A DNA stretch of 64,000 bases from contig NMRA01000025.1 in NCBI GenBank assembly GCA_002633005.1, positions 1,594,612 through 1,658,611 of the forward strand, given 5' to 3'. The translations under genes were made by a program, and so were the position numbers. Origin of the DNA: Phoronis australis (Eukaryota > Animalia > Phoronida). The notes under the pieces are model-generated. The model was not told the origin of the DNA. It worked only from the letters and a program-made list of their open reading frames with translations, and made no database searches. Below are positions 51,092-64,000 of the stretch, piece after piece (positions within the stretch are counted from its first letter, which is position 1; every line of letters begins with the position of its first letter).

Positions 51092-51300
51092 AAGGTACCT
51101 AAACTACATGGTTAACGGACTCATAAGCACGGTCACGGATGCATCAACACGACTCACGTACCTGCAAACACCGTTCACTGACTCACAAACATGGGAACGG
51201 ACTCACAAAACACGATAAATTCATCCAAATACATGGGACACGGACTCATATTCACAAAGAAACACGGTTAACGGACCGCCAAACACGGGTCACAGACTCA
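51092..51300 (+). repeat. Dispersed repeat end (aggtacctaaactac...) also at about 40708-40785 and 55020-55230
   Basis: aggtacctaaactaca.ggttaacg.actcataa.cac.gtcacgga.gcat.aacacgactcacgtacct shared by three loci. Confidence 0.7.
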
Positions 51301-51506
51301 TCGGCTACCTGGGTCAGCTGACATCTACATTTTGTGTCATAAAAAAGATAAGCATACCTGCAGCTGACTCATCAAGTAGAACTACTCTCGTTATCACATT
51401 GGTGTAGACTGACAGTTGAACTGTAGTTTTCTGTTGACCCCAGACCGTCCGGAGTTACAACATATACCAACTCCGGACGGTTTCTCACGACGATTTAGCG
51501 TTATGA

Positions 51507-53025
51507 GATGTCAACCAACTAACCAGTTATCTGCCTCTTTGGATAGTTTTTTATAGTTGTCCACCAGGTGGGGCAGCTATTGGATGTTAGACGTCAACCA
51601 ACTAACCAGCTATCTGTCTCTTTGGATAGCTTTTTATAGTTGGCCACCAGGTGGGGCAGCTATAGGATATTAGATGTCAACCAACTAACCAGCTATCTGT
51701 CTCTTTGGATAGCTTTTTATAGTTGTCCACCAGGTGGGGTAGCTATTGGAAGTTAGATGTCAACCAACTAACCTAGCTATCAATCCTTCTGGATAACTTT
51801 ATTATTAGTTAAGTGGGTTACGCATTGCTTAGACGGAAACAATGAAATTTTCAAAGTGTTTCCAGGGTATGTTTTTAAAACATAAGGAGGTATTTTGATC
51901 TTTAAATCAAATTATGATTGTAAATTGCTGTCCCTTGCAAATATTGATACCTTCTTGACATCTTGATTGCTTGGGAAGAAATTAGTGCTCATTTACATAA
52001 GGACATAACAATTCTAAACCATGTAGTGTGGAATAACAAAAACATATTGATTAATAGGTGGACTGTATTCTATAATATTTTCTTTGAGGCTGGTATGACT
52101 TTTGTGAAGGATCTTTTGAATTTTGAAAATAAATTCCTGACATGGGAGGTTTCGAAAAATAGATATAAGGTTTCAAATTGGATTCATTATGCTGCTTTGA
52201 GACGTGCCATTAAGTTGAAAGCTGATCCTTTGATTTCAAAATGCATACATCCCTAGTCAAGCCAAATAACTAATGTGTTTTCTAGAAATATTTTGCTTTC
52301 CAAAATTGTTTTGCGTCCTGATATAGAGTACAACTTAACTGACATTTACTCTAGACAACAAATTAAACAAATTTATGTTCTTCCACACAAACTCTTGTTA
52401 CCTCCTTATGTTAAAACCTTTAAGTACTTCTATATTCATAGAAAAGTGTTTACAAAAAATATTTTGAAAAAGATGAACTTAGTCAGTGATGACAAGTATG
52501 CATCTTGTGGAACTGTTGAGACTTTTAACCATATGTTTGTGGAATGTGGTTCTGTGAAAACTTTGTGGTGTGGAATTCAGAAGTTATTTTGACAACATAT
52601 TTTGGATGTAATTTTGAAGATATCAGTACCATTGCCAGTATTTCATCCATATATGTTCTAGAAACCAGATTATTCCTAGATATTCACAATTTCAATGTTT
52701 CTTGTATAATTATTGTAAAGTAAGCAATATACAACCCCGTACAACTGCCTTTTGGGAAACCATCAATGCCTATTTATTTTAGACCAACGGTGAATTTCTA
52801 TTATTTAGATATGTGTGTGTGTGCGGGTGTGTGTGCCTGTGTTTCATTTGCAAAGATCTTATTGTTTGTAAATATTAGTGTATTTAGAAATAAAATGTAT
52901 TAAAAAAACTTTAATATTTGACCACCAGTAGGGCAGCCAACCAACTATTTCTAGGAATAGTTTTACAATTTGACCATAAGGTGTCGACAGTAGTAACGTG
53001 TACACCTAACTAGTTGGTTGACATC
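51507..53025. mobile_element. TIR-bounded element with 83-bp tandem array, interrupted by a LINE fragment
   Basis: gatgtcaaccaacta at 51507, 51590, 51673 and 51756; its reverse complement tagttggttgacatc at 53011-53025. Confidence 0.6.
51835..52905 (+). pseudogene. 5'-truncated L1/Tx1-type non-LTR retrotransposon, decayed ORF2 C-terminus (zf-RVT region)
   Basis: VWNNKNILIN..VFY..FFEAG...VKDLL...FL and FKYFYIHRKVFTKNILKKMNL..DDK.ASCGTVETFNHMFVEC..VKTLW with stops and frameshifts; A-rich end. Confidence 0.8.
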
Positions 53026-55759
53026 CACGTAAGATTATGACATATATGAGTACAAGGCCAACTTCATAATAGATTATTATAATTAATCTTAAACTTTGTT
53101 TTACTAGTAAATTTTAAAAAAATTCACCAGTTTGCTATACTGTCGGCCATATTGTGTTCAAAGTAGGCAAAGAATTACCATAATCACCAAGAAAAATTTT
53201 TTCTGAGATCAGTCCCAAGATGGATTTAAACTCACAACCTCAGCAGTCCCAGTCTAAAACCTAACTAGCACGCTTCCCCCTCCCCGGATGTTTATCATAT
53301 GGTAACCCCAAATTACGCTAAGTTCTAACTTTCATACGAAGATAACAAAATGCATGTGTCTAGAAAATCTAACCAGTCAATGAAATTAGTGGCATGGTGT
53401 ATAAAAATGTTGGGCTGCAAGACTTCTGAAAGTTGCCCCCCCCCCCNNNNNNNNNNNNNNNNNNNNNNNNNNNNNNNNNNNNNNNNNNNNNNNNNNNNNN
53501 NNNNNNNNNNNNNNNNNNNNNNNNNNNNNNNNNNNNNNNNNNNNNNNNNNNNNNNNNNNNNNNNNNNNNNNNNNNNNNNNNNNNNNNNNNNNNNNNNNNN
53601 NNNNNNNNNNNNNNNNNNNNNNNNNNNNNNNNNNNNNNNNNNNNNNNNNNNNNNNNNNNNNNNNNNNNNNNNNNNNNNNNNNNNNNNNNNNNNNNNNNNN
53701 NNNNNNNNNNNNNNNNNNNNNNNNNNNNNNNNNNNNNNNNNNNNNNNNNNNNNNNNNNNNNNNNNNNNNNNNNNNNNNNNNNNNNNNNNNNNNNNNNNNN
53801 NNNNNNNNNNNNNNNNNNNNNNNNNNNNNNNNNNNNNNNNNNNNNNNNNNNNNNNNNNNNNNNNNNNNNNNNNNNNNNNNNNNNNNNNNNNNNNNNNNNN
53901 NNNNNNNNNNNNNNNNNNNNNNNNNNNNNNNNNNNNNNNNNNNNNNNNNNNNNNNNNNNNNNNNNNNNNNNNNNNNNNNNNNNNNNNNNNNNNNNNNNNN
54001 NNNNNNNNNNNNNNNNNNNNNNNNNNNNNNNNNNNNNNNNNNNNNNNNNNNNGATTGAAGATAAACAAACGACTGTCGTATTGATATACTCCGTGATTTA
54101 CAAACGCTGATCAGAGTTAACTATATCACGTGGATTATTCTCCTTTTAATATACTACAAAGCTACATTAAAACATCTATAAATAATACACAGTGACTAAA
54201 TTAGATGGCAATAACTTTTAAAACATCGCTTATAGCATAGTGCATGCCGAACTACTTTACTCCAGGAGTAGTACACTAAGCGGAAAACTGCTATTCACGG
54301 AAACGCGCCAATTTCGATAGTTAGCTTGTAGTTGTAATGGAACACCTGTGAAGACAACTAAGATGGCTGGCTTTGTAGTCAACGAAGGAGTGCAGCAGTA
54401 GATGAGGTTAGTTGCTGGGGAAGAGCGGTGATTTCATTTTTATGACTGAGAAAAAGCTAGAATAGTTATGTAGTTACTGCAAACAAAATTGTCTAGAGGT
54501 TCCAAATCTTCAGTTAGGCTATCACATTTGCACTTTTGTGTATATTTTATGATTTGAGTTCTAATAAAAATTGAACTTGAACTAATGGCACATGTCGTTG
54601 TGTTGCTGTGACATGTTTGGTGTAGCTGTAATCCAAAATTCAGGGACGGGTTCACAATTAACTGACTTCTAAGTCGTTTTGACACTTCGTTTAAACACAA
54701 AATAAAACGATAGCAACCCTAACCCATAAGAAAAAAGTAGACAGGAGTATTAAAGTAATGAAAAGGCGGAATGAAACATATTTAAACCATCGTTCCTTTG
54801 GGAAGTGGCCCTTTGTCAAGATCAACACATGAACTTTTTAGTCTTTTTGTTAGATTTAAAATGTACCAAGCTAAAACTGCTCTCCATATTACAGGCTTTA
54901 ACTCTGTACAAATGCCAGGGAAAAACAATTTGGGTGTAATAAGGACCACCATTGTTAAGAATAGCTATTACCTTTCCACTTCACTAGCTCAAAGGGCGAG
55001 CTGAATGGGCTCCATAAACAAGGTACCTAAACTACATGGTTAACGGACTCATAAACACGGTCACGGATGCATGAACACGACTCACGTACCTGCAAACACC
55101 GTTCACTGACTCACAAAACACGGGAACAGACTCACAAAACACGATAAATTCATCCAAATACACGGGACACGGACTCACATTCACGAAGAAACACGGTTAA
55201 CGGACCGCCAAACACGGGTCACAGACTCATCGGCTACCTGAGTCAGCTGACATCTACATTTTGTGTCATAAAAAAGATAAGCATACCTGCAGCTGACACA
55301 GCAAGTAAAACTACTCTCGTTATCACATTGGTGTAGACTGACAGTTGAACTGTAGTTTTCTGTTGACCCCAGACCGTCCGGAGTTACAACATATACCAAC
55401 TCCGGACGGTCTCTCACGACGATTTAGCGTTATGAGATGTCAACCAACTAACCAGCTATCTGTCTCTTTGGATAGTTTTTTATAGTTGTCCACCAGGTGG
55501 GGCAGCTATTGGATGTTAGATGTCAACCAACTAACCAGCTATCTGTCTCTTTGGATAGCTTTTTATAGTTGGCCACCAGGTGGGGCAACTATTGGATATT
55601 AGATGTCAACCAACTAACCAGTTATCGGTCTCTTTGGATAGCTTTTTATAGTTGTCCACCAGGTGGGGCAGCTATTGGATGTTAGATGTCAACCAACTAA
55701 CCTAGCTATGAATCCTTCTGGATAACTTTATTATTAGTTAAGTGGGTTACGCATTGCTT

Positions 55760-56835
55760 AGATGGAAACAATGAAATTTTCAAAGTGTTTTCAGGGTATA
55801 TTTTTAAAACATAAGGAGGTATTTTGATCTTTAAATCAAATTATGATTGTAAATTGCTGTCCTTTGCAAATATTGATACCTTCTCGACATCTTGATTGCT
55901 TGGGAAGAAATTAGTGCTCATTTACATAAGGACATAACAATTCTAAACCATGTAGTGTGAAATAACAAAAACATATTGATTAATAGGTGAACTGTATTCT
56001 TTAATATTTTCTTTGAGGCTGGTATGACTTTTGTGAAGGATCTTTTGAATTTTGAAAATAAATTCCTGACATGGGAGGTTTCGAAAAATAGATATAAGGT
56101 TTCAAATTGGATTCATTATGCTGCTTTGAGACGTGCCATTAAGTTGAAAGCTGATCCTTTGATTTCAAAATGCATACATCCCTAGTCAAGCCAAATAACT
56201 AATGTGTTTTCTAGAAATATTTTGCTTTCCAAAATTGTTTTGCGTCCTGATATAGAGTACAACTTAACTGACATTTACTCTAGACAACAAATTAAACAAA
56301 TTTATGTTCTTCCACACAAACTCTTGTTACCTCCTTAATGTTAAAACCTTTAAGTACTTCTATATTCATAGAAAAGTGTTTACAAAAAATATTTTGAAAA
56401 AGATGAACTTAGTAAGTGACGACAAGTATGCATCTTGTGGAACTGTTGAGACTTTTAACCATATGTTTGTGGAATGTGGTTCTGTGAAAACTTTGTGGTG
56501 TGGAATTCAGAAGTTATTTTGACAACATATTTTGGATGTAATTTTGAAGATATCAGTACCATTGCCAGTATTTCATCCATATATGTTCTAGAAACCAGAT
56601 TATTCCTAGATATTCACAATTTCAATGTTTCTTGTATAATTATTGTAAAGTAAGCAATATACAACCCCGTACAACTGCCTTTTGGGAAACCATCAATGCC
56701 TATTTATTTTAGACCAACGGTGAATTTCTATTATTTAGATATGTGTGTGTGTGCGGGTGTGTGTGCCTGTGTTTCATTTGCAAAGATCTTATTGTTTGTA
56801 AATATTAGTGTATTTAGAAATAAAATGTATTAAAA
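55760..56835 (+). pseudogene. Second (allelic) copy of the L1/Tx1-type fragment
   Basis: Near identical to 51835-52905, with extra stops and a frameshift. Confidence 0.78.
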
Positions 56836-57774
56836 GAACTTTAATATTTGACCACCAGTAGGGCAGCCAACCAACTATTTCTAGGAATAGTTTTACAATT
56901 TGACCATAAGGTGTCGACAGTAGTAACGTGTACACCTAACTAGTTGGTTGACATCCACGTAAGATTATGACATATATGAGTACAAGGCCAACTTCATAAT
57001 AGATTATTATAATTAATCTTAAACTTTGTTTTACTAGTAAATTTTAAAAAAATTCACCAGTTTGCTATACTGTCGGCCATATTGTGTTCAAAGTAGGCAA
57101 AGAATTACCATAATCACCCAGAAAAATGTTTTTCTGAGATCAGTCCCAAGATGGATTTAAACTCACAACCTCAGCAGTCCCAGTCTAAAACCTAACTAGC
57201 ACACTTCCCCCTCCCCGGATGTTTATCATATGGTAACCCCAAATTACGCTAAGTTCTAACTTTCATACGAAGATAACAAAATGCATGTGTCTAGAAAATC
57301 TAACCAGTCAATGAAATTAGTGGCATGGTGTATAAAAATGTTGGGCTGCAAGACTTCTGAAAGTTGCCCCCCCCCCCCTCTCACCCAAGGCGTTTGGTTC
57401 CTCAAAGCACAAATGAAATATATCTTTGTGAAGTAATGCTCACGTACTACACCAAATTTGGTAGGCAGTGATTACCATTTCAAACCTGAACTGAGCTAGA
57501 GGCCATCCCACAGGCCTTCTATACGCTGTTATTGATTGGCTCAATCCCGAGGACATGGAGATCGACCTCAATTTGATTAAAAAAATACGCAATGATGCAA
57601 TAAAAAATGGCTAATTCACAAATCTGTTAACAAACTGACATGCTTGAAAGAATTGGTAAGAGAATTAATAGACAACAATGGCCTCCTGAGATACCCCCTG
57701 GTACTTAAATAGCGAAATGATTTTGATTTTTTTCAGTCACAATGAAGCATAATTTGCAGCAAATGTTCCAGCGC

Positions 57775-57990
57775 ACTTGGCATACTAGGATGTGTCACTT
57801 GGCATACTAGGATGAGTCACTTGGCATACTAGGATGTGTCACTTGGCATACTAGGATGTGTCACTTGGCATACTAGGATGTGTCACTTGGCATACTAGGA
57901 TGTGTCACTTGGCATACTAGGATGTGTCACTTGGCATACTTATGTGTCACTTGGCATACTAGGATGTGTCACTTGGCATACTAGGATGTC
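57775..57990. repeat. 22-bp tandem repeat, about 10 copies
   Basis: (cacttggcatactaggatgtgt)n. Confidence 0.93.
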
Positions 57991-60900
57991 ACTGGCTACC
58001 TGAGTTTGCTTGTCCTTTACTCGCAAGCCACACACTGTCAGCACTTCTGCCTGATTTCTCTCATTAATTCTTGAATATGAAGTGGCAAAGTGTACTGAAC
58101 AACATCCCCTTCGTTAACACATAATTGGCATGTCAACGCTGATGCCAAATTTCACTCAGCCTAAACCTTCCGATTTTTGAGATTTTCATTTTGTGCATTG
58201 TGTCAATTTGGAAGATTATTATGCAGATGTACATGATTGAGATTTATTCTTTGAAACAAAAAATGGTGATTAGATTTAATTTTTGGAAAGGTATGGCCCT
58301 GCATATAATATTGACATCAGAAATGATGTACTTACAAAATCCAGAACGCCCTTCAATTTAGTAAAAACTAGTCAAACAAGATGACAATTAGGTTTTGGTG
58401 ACATTCCCACGTCATCAGTCTCAATCGATAGAATACTCACCAACTCATAAAATTCACAAGAGTTTGATCACTGGAGCTCGCTGCATTGACCAAAATACAT
58501 GCTTGTAAGCGTGAGGGCTTTAAAATATTTATTCACGAAGTTCTACAGCTATTATCAGACATATATAGAGCTTAGTTATAATGTATGTATTGCCTTTCAT
58601 GTTTAACTCTTGAGTTCCACTAGTAGGAGTACATTTGAACATCGACCTTTTACCCAGACTCTCAAAGGACCTGTCTATTGTGATTATTTAATAGCCATAA
58701 GTAATTCAATTATATCACAATCTATTAAAAACTGGTCTCTAATGAAACATATGTCCGCTGCTGTTACAATATTGGCTTTTGGAAGTCTTTTTTAAAGCAC
58801 TGGCCACTGATCATAGTAATTGAATTTGACCGTTTTTGATGGTACGTTTACAGATACCACAGTTATTTTGGAGATGTATTTTTCCATGTTAGTTACTGTT
58901 CTCAAAGTGCGTTTTTATCATCCATAGAACAAAAGAAAGTGATATAATTAACGGCTCAGCAAAATCCTCACATCTTCAGGTTCGGCACACACTTCCTTTG
59001 AGCACTGAAACACAATGTCCTATGTACTCGCTAATGAACACTTCCGTGCTTGTCGTTCATGTTTACAGTACTTAATGGAAGTAACATTACAAAATGGAGA
59101 GTAGAAATTAAGTAATTAAACTAGGCGTTGAACATGAGATCAAAACAGCGAAACGTAAGATTACTGATGAAATGAAAGAATTTGGGTGAGAATTTATCTT
59201 TTTTCACAACTCGGTGTGTTCTTGAAACAAAGTCCCAGACGCCAATCGGCAACTCAGTGCATCCACCATACGTCGTATGTACGCAGACGTGCGACTCATT
59301 CAGGATTAAAACTACATATGCCTTCATTTTCCACGCTCTGTACAGCTGGTTGATTCAATCTTATGGCGACTCAGAGCGAATGAAAGGACTGTGAACTGTG
59401 GGAAGTTCACATGCCTAGTGAGAGATTCGATTTGAGACAACCTTGTAACCATTGACCTTAGATAAGTCACAAATAAATTTCCATGCAGGTGGTTCTGCAA
59501 AATCTCTTTTTTCTTGCTACAGGGTAAATTTTTTGTATTTAAAGTTCCCCGAGAATGAAGATAACATATTTTGCTAGACAGGTGGAATATTGTAAAAACA
59601 GCCAATTTTGTGAATAGGGTTTGAGATAACCTTGAGTCAATCAACAAATGTATTACAAACTTCAGCTACCAATTATGATCACTGCCTACCTTTGTTACCA
59701 CAGATTTTTGTTTAAACTTAAATATCTCTTCAACCGCCTAGAAGGCCATAAGCAGACCAAATTGCAATATTAAAAGTAGTTCTCTGCCACTGAAACAGAA
59801 TTCAACCTACTCACCAGGCATTTTCAGGGTTCGTTCATAAAGATTTTTTATTTCTGTTGATATCAAAGCATTTTTCTTTTAGCTTCAAATTTCAAAAAAT
59901 ATCAAATTTTCTCACACAAGGCAAAGCATGTCTTCTTATTTGGTATGGCAAGACATAGACATACCACATTTCCCTTATATGGAAAATGTGACCATTGATC
60001 TCAAGCAACTTCCAGCATTCCCAACATGGACCTACCTGTGATGATTTCGTTTAAAAGGTCAACTGGTGCATTTAGATTAAAATACATTGAATCCGTAACA
60101 AAAGACCAATATAACTTAAACACTGCAAATGTTTGAATTATTTTGAATTGATATCTAAGTCACAACAAACAATATAATACTAGAAATTCAGAGCGTACGT
60201 TCATCACGTACGTCCGTTCATCACGTACGTCCGTCACACTCACTCAGCTTACATAGAGCTGTCTGACAAACAATTCTTAGAAGATATCGTCAAAAAATTA
60301 ACGTGTCGTACTTTGCAAACATTCCATTACGTTATCATATAAAACAAAAAATTGTAACTAAATGCAACCTACAGAAAATTGATGTTAAATTTTTTTTTTT
60401 AAAAATTCAAATTCTCTGCATACGTCCGTCACATCCCTTTAAAGGCAATTTCCCCAGTCAGGTAAAAAGATAGGAGAAAGTTTGATACATGCTTTGAGAG
60501 CTATCAATGAGACCTAACAATTGATGTATTGATTGTTTTCCTAGGATGAATATTTTTTCACAATTGATCAAAAGGTTCTCTGATTGTACATCCGTCACAA
60601 ATGGAATTGCCCAAAAAATTATTTTTTCACGGAAATTGCCGTATTTTCCACAAATTCATTTTTCCCCTCAAAACTTGCAATTATGCCTTTTTGTTTTGTT
60701 AGCTACAAAACAGTGACTGGGATTTTCTTTTAAAATCTTTGACTTTTTCCTTTTTTCAAAAATGTTGACTTGATTTTTTGACAAGCTAAGAAGCCTTAAA
60801 AGGAAATCCCAGACACGTTTCGTACCTAATAGAACAAAGAAACAGAATTTGCAAGTTTCGAGCGAAAAAGTTTAGCCTAATGGAAAATAGGGCCATCTCC

Positions 60901-62853
60901 GTGAAAAAATGAAATGTTTCAGAGAAAATGCAGTCACATGACCACAAATGTCTAAAAATTGTTTTCATGCACACAATAAGATTCTTTCCTACAGCAACTG
61001 TTCCAAATTCCATACACACCTTCAGTGAAGTTTTAGTTTTTGTGAAGACAGATTTGGCCAAGACCACCAACGTCACCTTGGTTGCAGTAACCTTTACTCC
61101 CATTCCTAAGGCCGTGACGTTGGCTGACCAACCCGGCAGCGCCCCATGAGGTGACTTCTATAATTCATTTCCCAAAATGGAGTCTGGCGATGGATAACCT
61201 GATATAACAGAGGTTCACGGATTTGCGCTAATTATCGTGTCTTAATTGTCTTCAACGTCATGTTATTTGGAAATCATCACAAAATATTGATGATTTATTT
61301 GGTGTTTTTCACAATTTCTTTAAAAGTGGAAAGAATGGTCACCGGAACAAAATTATGTTTTTGGGTTAATCAGTGAGCTCTGACAACGGTTGCACCCATT
61401 GTATGTTCTCGAGGAGTTGAGAAAGATTAGGACAGACCAGGTCCATAGCCAAGTAACAATTTTTGAATTTAGTGCTTAGCAATTCATAGCCATATTTAAA
61501 CCTGGACTAATTATTAGTATTGTCTTTAATTTTGGAATTTTAATTTAATTTGACTGGGTCCAAAATGTCAAAATAACGCCATACTTAACAAGTGAATAGC
61601 TGTTTAAGCTACCACTGCCATTGCCTTGCCTAAATCATAAAACAAATTCATAGCACAGATCCATTCTCTTGATTTCTTCAAATCTAATCCTGCATAAAAG
61701 AATGATAATAGCTGGGGGCAAGACCACAGTGTTATTGCTATCCGTTTATTTGGTCAGGTTTTAAGGTTTAACAGATATGCCTTGAAGAAAAATTATGCAT
61801 ACCAAATGTCAGTTGATGGTTGTTTTAACAAGAATGTCACCAGGTGAAAAATAACTAATATACAAACTGATTTGTTATGGTAGTCTGATAGCATCAGTTT
61901 GCAGCCATGATAAACTACTATTTCGTCAAGAGGATACCAAAACGTATCTTTCAAATATACATATGATCTGAAGGTAACTGACTTCTACAAGAATTGTATG
62001 GAGAACCAGTCAAGCAATAAGACGAGATTATGCAGCTGTTTTCTAGTACCTCAGTGCTTTTTTATCTGAGCCATAATGCGACTGAACCGATTTAAAGTTC
62101 TGTAGGCAAATTTAAAGGGGCAACAGGACTTCACCCCCACCATTCCCCAGGCTATCGACACAACGAAAAATACCACGATTACGTTTTTAAGGCTTATGCA
62201 GACATTTACCCTAAAAAATTTGGGATTTGGACCCCTAACAACACTGACATCCTAGATCCACCTGTGAGCTCATATGAAGCTGCAAAACAGAGTATTAGCT
62301 GTATGTTTAATTAATTTTAATGTCAATAAACATTCAACTGTAAAGTTTTCTGGATACTTTACAGCCGTTTTAATCATTTACACAAACACAAGGTTTGGTT
62401 CCGTTAGCATTTACCAAACATTTTGCATCAGAATTATTGATTCACAGCATTATCATCTTACATAAAATCAATAACTATTAGATGACAGATAATTAATCTT
62501 TTAACAAGGAGTCAACAGTAGATTTCTAAATCCCCCTCATCCGGATCTCATACATTTTCACCACGAATGACTGCAAAAACTACTGACTGATCATATTACC
62601 AATGAACCTACCAAAAGATAAAGATGTTCTACAGTTAGAAGGAGTCCATACAAAAGATAACTGGGCAAGTAATTTAAGGTTTATCTTTACAAAAGATAAA
62701 AAATAACAGGAGTCTAGACTGAACAAGCTACAAGCGCAGATATTTCATTACAAGGGATGGGTGATGTCCAGGTATATGCTAATATTTGATAACATGTAAT
62801 GGATTAAATATAACCAAAGGAACCTGGCAATGCATCCATGGACAGAAAACTAA

Positions 62854-63397
62854 GAAGCACCCAGGGTTCTTAAATGAGCATCTTTCTGCCCGTAGGGATA
62901 TGCTTAATCATCATGTAGTTTTGACTAATCAACGCAAACTATTAGTTCTTAAACAATCATCATTCTATTCTTATTCAATACGAACCTTTGCTTAATCAAT
63001 ATGTAGTTTTATTTACTAGTAATTAATGCACTGAATTAGTTATTCACTATGTCCAATCAAAGACAAGTTTGCATTCAGAACGTAATGGCTCCATCATTTA
63101 CATGGTCACTTGATAAGAATCTGCAACATTCTTCAAGCAGCCTTGCACCCACGTTGAAAGTCTTCCGCCATTTTGAGATTTGAGAGCACGGGCGCGAGTG
63201 GACTACATCCAACTGACTAAAAGTACGTCTTGATTAAGTAAAACCACCCGCTGTTTAAGCAAAAGTGCCCATTGAATAACAGCAGAACGATGACCGTTAA
63301 CGAACTAAAAGTGCGTGTTGATTAAGAAAAACTACGCATTGATTAAGCATATTTCAACACGCAGAAATGTACTTGTTTAAGAACCCTTTGGCGCTTC
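62854..63397. mobile_element. Old MITE/foldback with long imperfect inverted arms
   Basis: gaagcacccagggttcttaaa...atatgcttaatca...tttgcttaa mirrored by ttaagcaaa...tgattaagcatat...tttaagaaccctttggcgcttc. Confidence 0.65.
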
Positions 63398-64000
63398 ATA
63401 GAAAACTGTGATTGCAAAAGGATGGTGATACCACCGGTGAAGCACTTTGATTCTTGACTGACACAAAAGTACCTCTTTTTGTCCTTACGTTAATTGCTAG
63501 CTTTATGGTAAGAAAGATGAAATACCTCTAATTAAATGACACCACACCAATCAGGTCCATTGTTACGTGGTCCCCGAGTCTTTTGTCCGGCATCACCACT
63601 AGCATGCCAATTAGCTACTAAAACCCAACAGGGCTCGACGCTATTAAAATCGCCAGGTCGCATTTTGCGACCTAGCCAAAATCCCAGGTCGCATTTTCAA
63701 AATCCAGCTCGCATTCGTAAATGCCAGGTCGCAAAATTTTCCCGCCATTTTTACGCGCCATAATAGATTGTTTAGATCATCGAGAAAATGTTTAGATTAT
63801 GCTCTCACCTGCAGCGTTAAATACTCACAAATTTCAGATCTCAAAATTGACTTCATTCATGCAGGTACGGCCTTACTGTTCTTCACGACCGCCATTGAAA
63901 GTCTTTAGAGCGCAAGGCAAGTTGCCGGCGTGAAAGTTGAATCAGTGCTCTCTAACTGACTTGTGCATTCGAGTAGCTAAATTTGCAATGTGAAAAGGGA

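Larger units (their letters stand above)
48168..57377. repeat. Tandem near-identical segment pair (48168-53446 and 54053-57377) flanking an N-gap; probable haplotype duplication
   Basis: Collinear near-identity; both copies end at the same C-run; gap at 53447-54052. Confidence 0.9.

Noticed and set aside
53325-54110. Long ORFs of more than 220 aa (also 11303-11704)
   Set aside because: Artefacts of translating through N-gaps
57775-57990. Regular short repeats (also 23642-23800, 28050-28235, 41391-41522, 44861-44969) as a CRISPR-like array
   Set aside because: Units are head-to-tail with no unique spacers, there are no cas genes, and the context is eukaryotic; these are minisatellites

Overview
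This is AT-rich, intron- and repeat-rich eukaryotic DNA, most consistent with an invertebrate metazoan, from a draft scaffold with two N-gaps (11315-11580, 53447-54052). Three spliced genes can be built by hand. (1) The 5' part of CPSF1 lies on the minus strand: ATG at 18688, 14 coding exons down to 527, continuing off the left edge. (2) A divergently oriented TRIM9/TRIM67-like RING/B-box1/B-box2/coiled-coil gene lies on the plus strand (21545-26410) and ends in a very divergent SPRY-like domain with no visible FN3. (3) The last three exons of sedoheptulokinase (SHPK) lie on the minus strand (46768-36899). Each gap separates two near-identical copies of the same segment, probably two haplotypes assembled in tandem; comparing them exposes structural polymorphisms. 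The main non-genic signals are four loci with minimal hammerhead-ribozyme cores and a polymorphic Helentron/HINE-type element. Three of the ribozyme loci are inverted pairs; two of these have a target-site duplication and a one-sided 34-43 bp tail, and one carries a Penelope-type GIY-YIG fragment. The HINE-type element has an internal array carrying about ten co-oriented CTCF-consensus-like motifs spaced about 150 bp apart. All calls come from reading the sequence by eye; no searches were run.
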